A stretch of 64,000 nt of DNA from a bacterium (GTDB lineage Bacteria > UBA8248): NCBI GenBank assembly GCA_965202625.1, contig CBDBBI010000010.1, forward strand, positions 480,001 to 544,000, written 5' to 3'. A model generated the notes under the pieces. That model had not been told where the DNA came from. It made no database searches and saw only the letters and a list, made by a program, of their open reading frames with translations. Shown here one piece after another: positions 48,959 through 59,491 of the stretch. The translations under genes and the position numbers were made by a program. Position 1 is the stretch's first letter, and each line of letters opens with the position of its first letter.

Positions 48959-50020
48959 CTAGTCGAACACCACCGCTGCTCTTCCCGTCACCCGATTGTC
49001 GATCAACGCCTGAAATGCAGTTTCCGTCTCCTCCAGCGGGAAAGTTTTAGTCACGATCGGCTTGATCTTTCCTTGTTGCACCAGCGTGAGCGACTGCATG
49101 AGCTCCTCCATTGAGCAATATCGCGAGCCGTGTATCTCCTGCGCGTTGTTGAGCAGATGGAGCGGATCGACGGTGAAACGCGGGGAGATGTCGTCGTAGG
49201 CCGCCGGCGGTCGGTAGCCCACGATCACCAGCTTGCCCGCGCGCGCCAGGCTGGCGAGACCCGCCTCGAGCGTCGTGCGCGAGGCAACGTAGTCGATGTA
49301 GGCGTCCACTCCACGCCCGTTGGTCAGGGCGAGAATTTCCTCGACCGTATCGCTCTTTTCGGGGTTCAGAGTGGCGAAAGCACCCAACCCGGAGACGGTC
49401 TCCAGCTTTTTCTCGGAGACATCGATTCCGATGACGTGGCCGCCGCACACCTGCGCCATCTGCACCGAGTGAATCGCCACGCCGCCGCCCGCGCCCACAA
49501 TCGCCACCACATCCCCCGGTTTTATCTGTGCCTCGGCTACGCAGTTGTGGTAGGGAGTACAGATGGCGTCCGCCGCCACACAGGCGTCGAGGGAGCTAAC
49601 GCCGTCGGGGATTTTGCACAGGTTCACTCCGGGGACAAGCGTGTACTCGGCGTATCCTCCGTCCATGACCAGGCCGAAGAATCCCCTGAAATTCTCGCAG
49701 AGCGTCTCACGTGCGCTGCGACAATATCGGCAGTTGTGGCAGGTGAGATAAAAATGACATGTCACATGGTCTCCCGCCACCACGTTCGTGACGTGCGATC
49801 CCGTTTCGACGACCTCTCCGGCGATCTCGTGTCCCAGTATCCTGGGATAGGCATCTACGAGGCCTGGCGTGCGACGCATGATGACGAGCGTGAGTCCCAC
49901 GCCTGTGGCCTTGAGGCGCACTAGCGCGTCGTTTGACCCGGGCCGGGGGATAGGAACCTCCTCCATCTGAAACGATCCACCCAACTCATGAAGCCGCATT
50001 GCTTGCATCGTGGATGCCAT
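48959..50020 (-). CDS. Zinc-binding alcohol dehydrogenase family protein
   Basis: LGHEIAG, CHNCRYC...C and GAGGG motifs; the usual catalytic C.TD is replaced by GLTL. Confidence 0.88.
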   Translation of the reverse strand: MASTMQAMRLHELGGSFQMEEVPIPRPGSNDALVRLKATGVGLTLVIMRRTPGLVDAYPRILGHEIAGEVVETGSHVTNVVAGDHVTCHFYLTCHNCRYCRSARETLCENFRGFFGLVMDGGYAEYTLVPGVNLCKIPDGVSSLDACVAADAICTPYHNCVAEAQIKPGDVVAIVGAGGGVAIHSVQMAQVCGGHVIGIDVSEKKLETVSGLGAFATLNPEKSDTVEEILALTNGRGVDAYIDYVASRTTLEAGLASLARAGKLVIVGYRPPAAYDDISPRFTVDPLHLLNNAQEIHGSRYCSMEELMQSLTLVQQGKIKPIVTKTFPLEETETAFQALIDNRVTGRAAVVFD

Positions 50021-50390
50021 GTCCGAGCTCCCTCGTCTCATTGGATGCGCCAGACGTTCGAATGGGACGCACAACAACGTTGACGTTGATCGTAAAAGCA
50101 TAAACTAAACCTTTTCGGCCGCCCTGGAAAGAAGGAGACACTATATTATAATAATGTTCCACGGTTCGTCTGGCCCTATCCTTTTCGGGCGCGCGCTTGG
50201 TGATGGATGGCGCATATTTCGTCCGAGGTGGTCCGAGAGCCGAATGATGCGCCGGACGCGCTTCTTTTTCGCACGCGCGCACTCTCTCGTTTCCTCTTCC
50301 GTAGGCGCAGGAGCGCCTTTTCTAATCACATGTGAAGTCGTGCTAGAGTTTATTTCTCAAGGTGGTGCCACGAGAAGGAGAGGAGTTTTG

Positions 50391-50780
50391 GTGTTCAAAC
50401 TGTTTTTGCTTTTTACGCTAATCCCCCTCGCCGAATTGATGATTTTGATCGATCTGGGAAAATCCATTGGCTTAGGGCCGACATTGGGAATCGTCATTCT
50501 CACCGGCGTACTGGGCGCGTGGGCGGCGAAAGCCCAGGGACTTTACGTGGTGACGCGCATTCAGGCGGAGATGGCCAACGGAGGGCTTCCCGGGGCGGAG
50601 CTGCTTGACGGAGCCATGGTGCTTGCTGGCGGCGTGATGCTCCTCACGCCTGGCCTTTTGACGGACTCCGCTGGCTTCGCGTTGATGGTCCCCTCTGTCC
50701 GGGCCGCCCTTCGCGCCTGGTTGATGAAAAAAATGGGAAGAATGATCGAACAGGGAAGAGTGCATATCTACCGGGGCTAG
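50391..50780 (+). CDS. fxsA: FxsA family membrane protein
   Basis: FTLIPLAEL, QG and LLTPGLLTD motifs; RBS GAGGAG. Confidence 0.9.
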   Translation: MFKLFLLFTLIPLAELMILIDLGKSIGLGPTLGIVILTGVLGAWAAKAQGLYVVTRIQAEMANGGLPGAELLDGAMVLAGGVMLLTPGLLTDSAGFALMVPSVRAALRAWLMKKMGRMIEQGRVHIYRG

Positions 50781-51057
50781 GGGGGAGGCGTTTCATGGCC
50801 AGGCGCGCTGAGCACAGAACTGGGTCGATTGTCTCCCGGTGAGGAAAGCGCTTACAGGTTCCCGCCGGCATCGCGAAAAAGAAAGGGAGGGTGCCGACTC
50901 GCCCGTCCGCTTGAGAAGTGCCAACGCGGAGGTTTCAGGACGCATTCTCTCCACCGATGGTCGGCGGGCGTTCATTTTATGTAACACCCCGAGTTTCGAT
51001 GAACGGGGCGAGGCTACGCACAAAATATTATAAATTATTCATATGAATAACATAAAA

Positions 51058-52320
51058 TTATAAAAATCTTTTGACGTAGGTTACTACTTCTTCGCGCTTA
51101 ACTTCATTTTGTCGGCTTTCGACCATGTGGCGAACGCTCACCACCCCCTTGGCCGCCTCATCCTCGCCAAGGAGAAGCACGAAACGCGCCCCGAGGCGAT
51201 CTGCACGCTTCATCTGGCTTTTCACGCTCCCTCCCCCGAAGGAGCGCTCCGTCTGAATCCCGCGCGCTCGGAGCTCCGAGGCGAGCGCGAACGCCTCCGC
51301 TCGCGCGGCGTCGCCGAGGGCGGCGACGTAGACATCGATTCTTTCCGTCGGGGCCGACGCTCTTTCGCCCGCCAACTGCAAGAGACGTTCCATTCCGACG
51401 GCGAAGCCAAGCGCCGGCGTGGGGGGACCGCCCAACGCCTCCACGAGGCCGTCGTAGCGTCCCCCACCGCACACCGCATTTTGCGCCCCGAGTCGCTCGC
51501 TCGTCACCTCGAAGACGGTGAGGCGATAGTAATCCAGGCCGCGAACGAGTCTGGGGTCCAACTGGTAGCGGACGCCCGCGCCCTTCAGAAGTGCGCATAC
51601 GCCCACAAGGTGTGAACGGCACGCGTCGTTCAAGAATTCATCGATTCTCGGCGCACGCGCAATAATTTCCTCATGCGCCGGATCCTTGCTGTCCAGAAAG
51701 CGCAAGGGATTGCGCTCGATTCGCCCGGCAATTTCCGGGCCGAGGTTTTTGGCCTCCTCCCACAGATAATCCTTTAGGGCGGCCGAATAGGCCGGGCGGC
51801 ACTCCTCGTCGCCCAGGTTGTTGATGCGAAGCGCGAGGCCCCCAAGGCCCATGGCACCCAGGAACTCCATCAACATGACGATGACTTCCGCGTCAATCGC
51901 CGGATCCTCTGTCCCGAAGACCTCCGCGTCGATTTGGTGAAATTGCCGCAGGCGCCCAGCCTGGGGGCGCTCGTAGCGAAACATCGGGCCGATGCAGAAC
52001 AGCTTGGAGACGCTCGAGCGGTGGTAGAGGCCGTTTTGGACGTAGGCGCGGCAGATCGAGGCGGTGGCCTCGGGGCGCAGGGTGATGGAGTCGCCGCCCT
52101 TGTCCGTGAAGGTGTACATCTCCTTGGAGACGATGTCCGTTTCCTCGCCGATGCCGCGCGAGAAGAGCTCCGTGCGCTCGAACACGGGCACCCGGATCTC
52201 TCCGTAACAGTAGCGCGTGAAAACCTCGCGCGCCAGGTCCTCGGCCCGTCGCCAGTTCAGAGTCTCCTCCGGCAGCACGTCCCGAACGCCGCGCACCGCC
52301 GGGAGCCTGGACCGCGCCAT
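51058..52320 (-). CDS. hisS: Histidine--tRNA ligase
   Basis: RGVRD, LRPEATA, FRYERPQAGRLRQFHQ, LVRGLDYY and GGGRYDGL motifs. Confidence 0.97.
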   Translation of the reverse strand: MARSRLPAVRGVRDVLPEETLNWRRAEDLAREVFTRYCYGEIRVPVFERTELFSRGIGEETDIVSKEMYTFTDKGGDSITLRPEATASICRAYVQNGLYHRSSVSKLFCIGPMFRYERPQAGRLRQFHQIDAEVFGTEDPAIDAEVIVMLMEFLGAMGLGGLALRINNLGDEECRPAYSAALKDYLWEEAKNLGPEIAGRIERNPLRFLDSKDPAHEEIIARAPRIDEFLNDACRSHLVGVCALLKGAGVRYQLDPRLVRGLDYYRLTVFEVTSERLGAQNAVCGGGRYDGLVEALGGPPTPALGFAVGMERLLQLAGERASAPTERIDVYVAALGDAARAEAFALASELRARGIQTERSFGGGSVKSQMKRADRLGARFVLLLGEDEAAKGVVSVRHMVESRQNEVKREEVVTYVKRFL

Positions 52321-52329
52321 CCCTATCCT

Positions 52330-52859
52330 CCAAAAGCAGCTTCGAGCAAACGGGGCAGGGCGACGCATGAGGGTGCTCTTACACGCCTCGCTCACGCCTG
52401 CGGTCATTTCCGTCGGTTCGGTCGGGGCTCACCTTCAGAACGAACGCGCCATCGCGCGCGGTCATTGCCGGTATGGAGGCGGCTGGCTGCACGATGGCGG
52501 ACATACCCGCCACGATCAGATAATCCTAATCATCCACCGCAATCATCGCCCTGCGCAACCACCCAGGGCCGAAGGCTTCTCTGAACCATATCACGTGGGG
52601 GCGCAGAAGGTCGCCGCACTCCCCGCACAGGGATGGCAGGTTGTCGGGGAACTTTCCGGTTCTCCCATGCAGGGGCCGCGCGCGCCGGTGAGGCGGTGGA
52701 GATCGCCAATATTTTGCGTGATGAGGGCGTAGCGAGAGACATCGCACTGCGCCCGCGGTCAAGGGCCGCCGCTCCTTGAAAGGTGAGCACGCCGCTCTCC
52801 GCGCTTACGCCCGCACCGGTGAGGACGACTACAAATTTCGCCCGTCTCAGCTCGTCCAT
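52330..52859 (-). pseudogene. cobB: NAD-dependent deacylase (Sir2/CobB) remnant
   Basis: VLTGAGVSAESG, LATP, LHG, CGECG.LLRPHVIWF and VQPAAS spread over several frames with deletions. Confidence 0.8.
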
Positions 52860-53159
52860 CGCTCGTTGCGTAAATTTTTTTTATTCCTCCGTCACGTGGC
52901 GCGCCAGTAACGGAGTCTGAGAGCGGCACCATAGGACGCTAAAGGCGTGCGCCTCCTCGTTTGCGAGAGTAGGCGAAGTACGCGGAAAAAGTCGAAAATT
53001 CGTCCGCTTTGCCATCGGCGAATGGGTGCCGTCGCCACTGGAAAGGTAAGGCATTCCCTCATCGCGCGCAAATATGAAGCGAGTAAGTTGACACGCGTGC
53101 GGAGGCCGCCTAGGTTTGGCGGTGTTTTGGAACTCAAACGAAATTCGGGAGTTTTCTGG

Positions 53160-54860
53160 GTGGCGCGAAACGGCTCGCAAGTTCTACTGGACGCACTTCA
53201 GGCGAACGGGACGAAATACGTTTTCGGCATTCCGGGCACGCTGACGCTGCCGTTCTACGACGCGATGCGCGACGGCGCGGGCGCGATACCAATCGTCACG
53301 CGCCACGAAGGGAGCGCGGGTTTCGCGGCGGATGGCTACAACAAGGTTTCCGGCAAAACGGGCGTGACGTTCACCGTGCCGGGTCCTGGTGGCACGAACA
53401 TCGCCACGGCACTACGCTCTGCTTACGAGGACAGCGTCCCTCTCGTTGCGGTGACGGCCACGCTCGCAGACGACATGCGCGACAGAAGCGCCATTCACGA
53501 TGTGGACATGGAGAAGGCCCTCGCCGGCTGCGTGAAGAAGGCATTCACACCCGATTGCGTCGCGGGCGTCGCCCCCGCCGTTCAGGCCGCCTTTCGCTGG
53601 GCGACGGCGGGAAGACCCGGCCCGACCCAGGTGGTGATGAAAGCGAACCTGTTTCAGGCGAAGGAGGAGAGGAAAGTCATGGTGCCTGCGTTCGATGCGC
53701 CGGCACCGGTGCCCCCCATCGATGAGCGCGCACTGGACGTGATCGCCGAGTCGCTTCTCGCCGCTAAGCGAACCGTGGTTTACGCGGGCAACGGCGTTGT
53801 GAGCGCCGGCTGCGAGAGAGAAACGCAGCTTCTCGCCGCTAAGTTGGGCGCACCCGTCGTCACTTCTGTGAAAGGCCGGGGAATTCTCTCCGAGGCAGAC
53901 CCACTCTCCTTTGGCTTGGTCCATTTCTTAGGGTGCGAGGAGACGCTTAGGGAGGCGGACTTATGTCTCGCGCTAGGGACGGGTTTTGGGCAGTTCTCCA
54001 CTTTTTACTTCAAGGTGGGAATGCCCAAGAATATCGCGCAGATCGACATCGACCCCGAGCGGGTCGGGCGAAATTATCCCGCCTCTACAAGGCTGGTAAG
54101 CGACTTGAAGCCTGCACTTCAGGGGCTGCTCAAGAGAATCGCGGAGGTCGATGACGTCCCCCTCTCGGAGGGACATGTGCGCGTGCGCGCGGGGAGGCGG
54201 CAGTATGAGGAGAGGCTGCGCTCGTTTTTGACGAAGCCGGCCGCGCCGCCGTTCCACGGGCTTTTCGTGATGAATACGCTGCGCGAGAATACCTCGCCCG
54301 ATACGATTTTCGTCTCTGACTCCTCCGCCACCCAGAGCTGGCTGATGGAACAGGCCTTCGTGGTGCACAGACCCAGAAGCGTCCTGCTCTCAGAGGCGTA
54401 TCAGTCGATGGGCTACGCCCTAGGCGCCGCGATAGGGGCCAAACTCGGCGCGCCCGAGCGTCCGGTCTGCGCTGTCGTGGGAGACGGGAGCTTCACCATG
54501 GCCTGCGGGGAGCTGGCGACAGCGACGGCCCTTGACCTCTCTCTCACCTACCTCGTTTTCAATGATGGGGAATACAACGCGCTCAGGCACTCTCAAAAGC
54601 ATGTGTTCGGCGGGCGCTACATTGCCACCTCGTTGAACAATCCGGATTTCCCCGCCCTTGCACGAGCGTTCGGCGCGCACGGCCATCGTGTAGGTTCGGA
54701 GGAAGAGTTGCGACGCGCCATTCGAGATTCCCAGGCGCAGGGCGGCGTTCATGTCATTGATTGTCCCATCGATCGTGAGGCGCTCTCCTCAAGATGGGAG
54801 CGGACGGTGAAGTCCTTCCGCCGAGGCGCCGCCACCGCGCCGCCGGATGCTGGCGCCTGA
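53160..54860 (+). CDS. Thiamine pyrophosphate-dependent enzyme (acetolactate synthase-like)
   Basis: VFGIPG, TRHE, GPGGTN, GRPGP and VGDGSF..ND motifs. Confidence 0.9.
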   Translation: MARNGSQVLLDALQANGTKYVFGIPGTLTLPFYDAMRDGAGAIPIVTRHEGSAGFAADGYNKVSGKTGVTFTVPGPGGTNIATALRSAYEDSVPLVAVTATLADDMRDRSAIHDVDMEKALAGCVKKAFTPDCVAGVAPAVQAAFRWATAGRPGPTQVVMKANLFQAKEERKVMVPAFDAPAPVPPIDERALDVIAESLLAAKRTVVYAGNGVVSAGCERETQLLAAKLGAPVVTSVKGRGILSEADPLSFGLVHFLGCEETLREADLCLALGTGFGQFSTFYFKVGMPKNIAQIDIDPERVGRNYPASTRLVSDLKPALQGLLKRIAEVDDVPLSEGHVRVRAGRRQYEERLRSFLTKPAAPPFHGLFVMNTLRENTSPDTIFVSDSSATQSWLMEQAFVVHRPRSVLLSEAYQSMGYALGAAIGAKLGAPERPVCAVVGDGSFTMACGELATATALDLSLTYLVFNDGEYNALRHSQKHVFGGRYIATSLNNPDFPALARAFGAHGHRVGSEEELRRAIRDSQAQGGVHVIDCPIDREALSSRWERTVKSFRRGAATAPPDAGA

Positions 54861-54872
54861 GCAGGGACTTTT

Positions 54873-57416
54873 TCACGGCGCGCGCGGGTTTCCGCGCGCC
54901 AAAGGGGGGTTGAAGCGTCGTTTTCTCTCCGCAGGGCGTGAAGGGCGTTGCGCGAAGCGAGAATGGAACGCGCTCCAGTGCGCCTCGCCGCTCTCGGGCC
55001 AGGCGCGCGCGACGCGGAATCGCTCGACCTTGAGAGGCACCGCTCCCGGCTCTGCCTTTACGCGCAGCATTCCGCCGCGCCAGGGGCGATATATCCCCAG
55101 CTTCTTTTGCCTCTTTCTGATTCTTCGCCAAAGGTCGGATTCGATCCGCCTCACGCTTTGGGGTGCGGCCAGAATGATTTCGGGCGTTCGCGCTTCGAGC
55201 CAATTAAGAACCGCAGGTTCTCTGAGGAAATTCTCCGGCAAACGCACGAGGTCATAGCGTTTCTCGGAAAACCATCGCACGTCAAAGACAGGATATCTCG
55301 AGGGCAACATGAGTAGCCAGCGGAAATACCGGTTTTTCACCTCAAATCCCATCGCCCCCTTTCTCCAAAAACGTAGGGAAACCCGAGTCTCCCCTCCAGC
55401 CATACGCCAGATGGTGAGGGGAGCATTCCGCCGGGCGGCGCGCCGGCGATATGCGTCTGAGGTGAATAGGTCCTCAATGCGACGTTGGCTCTGAATCCGG
55501 ACGCCGGCGGCGAAATCGCTTGAGGCTAAGCGCCTTCTCCGGTGTCGGGAGTGGTAGAGCATTGTGTGCCAGGTCAATTCGTTCTCTCTGCGCATCAGGG
55601 GGGCGAGCACATTTCGCCAAACGTTGAAGCCTCCTACGCTCCGACGGCCGGAGCCATCGACCGCAAACCCCTTCCCATCCGGAAGACGGAGGAAAAAAGC
55701 GTCCACGCCCCCGGCGTCGGGCAAAAGCAGCGTCGTGTGCCCGGGGCGCGAAGATTGTGTGTCAACTTGCGGGAGTAACAGCAGAAACGTCAGACCGCAC
55801 ACGCCCACCCAGGCGCCCTTGCGCGACCGCGCACGCGTTGAGCATAGCGCGACACTCAACAGGAAAAATATCAAGATGATGAGCCAGGTGGAGGGTTTCG
55901 GCACGCTGAGGCTGCCCCATGGAACTTTAGCGGAGTAGGTTGATACGAGAATCATGAACTCTGCGAGCGCGGTGCTGATCCAAGCGGCAGGCATCAGGAG
56001 TGTGCCCACGCTCGAGGGGCTGATGGCGGCCGCGGCGGTGGCCACGAAAGAGAGGGGTACGAGCAGAGAGGCGACGGGGATAAGCAGAAAATTCACGAGC
56101 AGACCGATGGGGTGTGCCTCCTGAAAATGCAGCGCGGTCAACGGCGTTATGGCTGCTGTGACGACCACCTGGATGGTGGCGAGTTGACGCGCCCGCGTCC
56201 CCCAGTGTCTCCCATCCCAGACGCTCCGCCTCGCCTCGCCTCGCGGAAGCCTGTCCGCCGCGAGAATAATCGCGCTCGTCGCCACGAAGGAGAGTTGAAA
56301 CCCCACGTCCCAGATGAAGCCGGGTTCGATCAGCAGGATGAGGAGGGCGGCGAGGGTGATGGAATGAAGCGCAGCTGCCGGGCGCTCCAGAAGCCGAGTG
56401 AGAAGATAGGCAACGATCATGATGGCGGCGCGCGTGGTGGAGATGCGCGCCCCGCTCAGCAGGGCGAAGAGAATCACCAGGGGGATGGCGCCGAGCACCG
56501 CGACCTTCGTCGGCGTGAGGACGAACGGGCGGAGCGGAAAAAGCGGAGGCGGAAGCCAACAGAGAACACCCCGAAGGGAGAAGAAGAAAAAAGCGGCGAT
56601 AAAGCCCACATGCAAGCCGCTGATGGCGAGCAGATGGGCCGCGCCCGACTTTCGAAAGGCGGTTTTGAGTTCCGGGTCAATCTCCTCGCGCAGACCGATG
56701 GTAATCGTCTCGATCAGGCCGGCGACGCGAATAGAATACGTGGAGCGAATATGCGCACTCATGTTGTCTCGAAACTGAAACAGGCGCCGTCGCCAGTTCC
56801 ATTTTTCCTTTGTCTCAAGAACATGAACGTTGCGCACCGAGGCATAGCCGACGGCGTGGACGCCTCTGAGACGCAGGAACTCCCGGTAGTCAAATCCGCC
56901 TGGGTTCTTGAAGTTGGGGGGGCGCCTCAAGTGCACGCGCCGGACGAGAAGCCGATCGCCCACCTGAGGTATTTTGCTGAGAGGCGAGGCGAGCGTGAGC
57001 CGCGCGATGCCGGTCATGGGAATTTCCACACCCCGAATGACGGCCCGCTCCGCGCTGAGGTATATACGCGGCCTGCGCGACGCGCCTTTGTTTCGCTCCA
57101 CGGGTTGGGAGAGACGGCCGGTGAGGTGCAAGCGCCCGTAAGGGATGTGGCGGAGCAGATGATGCGCCGGCACCCCTTGGCGATGCAGCGTCGGAACGAC
57201 AAAGGAGGCAACCAGACCGATGAGGACGAGGAGCGCCGCGACCGCGCCTCGGGCTTTCCCTTGAATCCGACGGTTCATGGAGATGAGGACGAAGAAGGAC
57301 AACGCGAGGGAGGCAGTGATGACGTAGGCCGTTTCCCCTTCCTTGAAGTCGAGGGGAAAGCCGCCCGTCAGCAAGCCCACTATATAGCCAATCGCCAGCA
57401 AGTGCAGGGGATGCAC
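54873..57416 (-). CDS. comEC: ComEC/Rec2 DNA uptake channel
   Basis: NPGGFDY, HLLAISGLHVG, RAAIM and GFQLSF motifs; degenerate C-terminal MBL domain. Confidence 0.92.
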   Translation of the reverse strand: MHPLHLLAIGYIVGLLTGGFPLDFKEGETAYVITASLALSFFVLISMNRRIQGKARGAVAALLVLIGLVASFVVPTLHRQGVPAHHLLRHIPYGRLHLTGRLSQPVERNKGASRRPRIYLSAERAVIRGVEIPMTGIARLTLASPLSKIPQVGDRLLVRRVHLRRPPNFKNPGGFDYREFLRLRGVHAVGYASVRNVHVLETKEKWNWRRRLFQFRDNMSAHIRSTYSIRVAGLIETITIGLREEIDPELKTAFRKSGAAHLLAISGLHVGFIAAFFFFSLRGVLCWLPPPLFPLRPFVLTPTKVAVLGAIPLVILFALLSGARISTTRAAIMIVAYLLTRLLERPAAALHSITLAALLILLIEPGFIWDVGFQLSFVATSAIILAADRLPRGEARRSVWDGRHWGTRARQLATIQVVVTAAITPLTALHFQEAHPIGLLVNFLLIPVASLLVPLSFVATAAAAISPSSVGTLLMPAAWISTALAEFMILVSTYSAKVPWGSLSVPKPSTWLIILIFFLLSVALCSTRARSRKGAWVGVCGLTFLLLLPQVDTQSSRPGHTTLLLPDAGGVDAFFLRLPDGKGFAVDGSGRRSVGGFNVWRNVLAPLMRRENELTWHTMLYHSRHRRRRLASSDFAAGVRIQSQRRIEDLFTSDAYRRRAARRNAPLTIWRMAGGETRVSLRFWRKGAMGFEVKNRYFRWLLMLPSRYPVFDVRWFSEKRYDLVRLPENFLREPAVLNWLEARTPEIILAAPQSVRRIESDLWRRIRKRQKKLGIYRPWRGGMLRVKAEPGAVPLKVERFRVARAWPESGEAHWSAFHSRFAQRPSRPAERKRRFNPPLARGNPRAP

Positions 57417-57539
57417 GATCTCTCCATGTAAGGTGCTCCCTATGCTATATCAAGATGCGCCGGGCACGCATCCTCCTGGTTTTTTCGCCTGTTTTCGTGA
57501 TAGATTTTGAAACAGAAAAATTTTCTGATTTTCAAGAGG

Positions 57540-58541
57540 ATGGGAATGCGGAAGCGGGCTCTGGGGGAGACGGGTCTTTATGTGTCCGAAATTGGATTCG
57601 GGACAGGCGGAATCAGCCGCCTAATGGTGAGCGGCGACCACGAAGCGCAGTTTCGCGCGATTCGCGCCGCCTTAGACAGGGGAGTGAATTTCTTTGACAC
57701 GGCGATGGGCTATGGGAACGGGAAATCGGAAGTTAACCTCGGCGCGGCGTTAAGGCGATGGGGAGCGGACGTCACCCTCGCGACGAAAATTCGCCTCTCC
57801 GTCGAGGAGCGCGACACCCCCAGAGAGGCGGTGATCGCCTCGGTGGAAAGGAGCCTAGAACGATTGGGCCGAAAGAGCGTTGACCTGATTCAGATTCACA
57901 ACTACGTGGCACCCGACAGGGACTGGCCAGCGGGAGTGGTGCTCGCCCCCTCCGACATTTTTCGGGCGGGCGGAGTGCTCGACGGTTTTCGGGAGTTGCG
58001 CGAACGCGGGCTTTCGCGCTTCTTCGGATTCACCGGCATCGGGGAGCCCGTCGCCTTGGCCGAGTTGGTGGACAGCGGCGCATTTCACACGATACAGGCG
58101 TATTTTAACTTGCTCAACCCGAGCACGGCGTATCCGGTCCCGGAGGGTTTCAGTGCGCTTGATTATGGACTGCTACTCAGGCGCGCCGCGCAAAAGGGGA
58201 TGGGCGTGCTAGCGATTCGTACCCTCGCCCTGGGTGCGCTCACTGAGACGCCGAATCTGCTGGGTTTTCTGGATGAAAATCCGCCGGTTCTCTCACCAGG
58301 CTCTACATACGACGAAGACGCCGCGCGCGCCCAGCGGCTTGCGTTTCTCGTTCAGGAGGAACGCACCCTGGCCCAGACCGCCCTTCAATTCGTCCTGATG
58401 TGTGAGGAAGTCTCTTGTGCTCTGGTGGGCTTCTCGAACATCGGGCAGATCGACGAGGCGCTCTCTTGCATGGAAGCTCCGCCTATCTCCGAGGATGACG
58501 CACGAAGGCTCGAATGCGTCTGGGGAAATGATTTCGCCTAG
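57540..58541 (+). CDS. Aldo/keto reductase
   Basis: LGETGLYVSEIGFG, FFDTAMGYG and SLERL...DLIQIH motifs. Confidence 0.92.
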   Translation: MGMRKRALGETGLYVSEIGFGTGGISRLMVSGDHEAQFRAIRAALDRGVNFFDTAMGYGNGKSEVNLGAALRRWGADVTLATKIRLSVEERDTPREAVIASVERSLERLGRKSVDLIQIHNYVAPDRDWPAGVVLAPSDIFRAGGVLDGFRELRERGLSRFFGFTGIGEPVALAELVDSGAFHTIQAYFNLLNPSTAYPVPEGFSALDYGLLLRRAAQKGMGVLAIRTLALGALTETPNLLGFLDENPPVLSPGSTYDEDAARAQRLAFLVQEERTLAQTALQFVLMCEEVSCALVGFSNIGQIDEALSCMEAPPISEDDARRLECVWGNDFA

Positions 58542-59491
58542 CCCAGGCACGAAGCATCGCAAGCCAATGTACGTTCCATATAGAAAGCGATTCTCCGCCC
58601 GGCCGACATGTGGACGCTGAGATTCTCCCCACTCCCGATCATGCCATCTATGCCAATTACCCAATCGTCAATCCCGATTCTGAAGGCGGAGTGGCTGCTC
58701 ACGAACGCGGATGCGGGCCTCATCTATTTCGCGTTTTACGCTGACTACGTCATGGCCTCCGCTGTGCCCACAGGAGCGACGGATTACTTCAGCGCGAGAA
58801 CATCTATCTGTTCTTGGCCACCTAGCTGGTCCTCGAGAACTTTATGTTCGTCTTTCTCGCCGAGGGCTGTGGACCGTCGCTTTGCTTTAGTACCCAGACG
58901 AAAATCGTGTTGGGCTTCGCCTTTTCTTCACCTTCCGCATGTCGGCGTCGATGCTTCTAAAGAGCTGGATGCTCCCCGATTTCGGCTGCGTTTCACCTTT
59001 CCCGCTAGCTCGATCGGGCTCGCCGTCGGCGTGCTCATGGTGTCGATTTAAGTGTCTCCCCCCCCCCCTTTCGCTCGGGTGCTGGATACTCATGTGCGTG
59101 TTTTGGACTAATAGATTCAGACGGCTTCCGAGCATCAGCGGAAGTCTTGCTCTTAAGCGGGGCGATGATGTTTTCCATAGGTTTTCTGTTTCATTCACCG
59201 CTGGTTTTACTGGACGCGACTCTGGGCTGCTGCGCCGTTTTTGGCTTCTCTTCGGCGCGCTCTCTCATCCGTTGAGGGTAGAGTAGGCTACGCTCCGGAC
59301 GTCGCTACCCCGGGCTCTGAGGGGCGGGCAATCTCTGCGAGGGAATGGAAGGCGGCACATAGGCGTTTAGCGTCGTTTGGTTTTCCTGTATCGTGGAAGG
59401 TGCGTGTAAGACGCTTGAATTATGGCCCCGAAACGGGTAAGCTCCCGCACATGCGGCATGGGAGCCACCAGACTTGGGCACGGATGGGGGG

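Noticed and set aside
51030-51075. dif (XerCD) site
   Set aside because: Only a partial XerD-like arm (TTATGTTATT); no XerC arm at the correct spacing.
56112-57431. 439-aa plus-strand ORF
   Set aside because: Antisense shadow of comEC.
58545-59470. Possible membrane-protein remnant and C11 run (59058-59068)
   Set aside because: Hydrophobic fragments occur in several frames but no family is recognisable, and the C-run is not in a credible gene or promoter.
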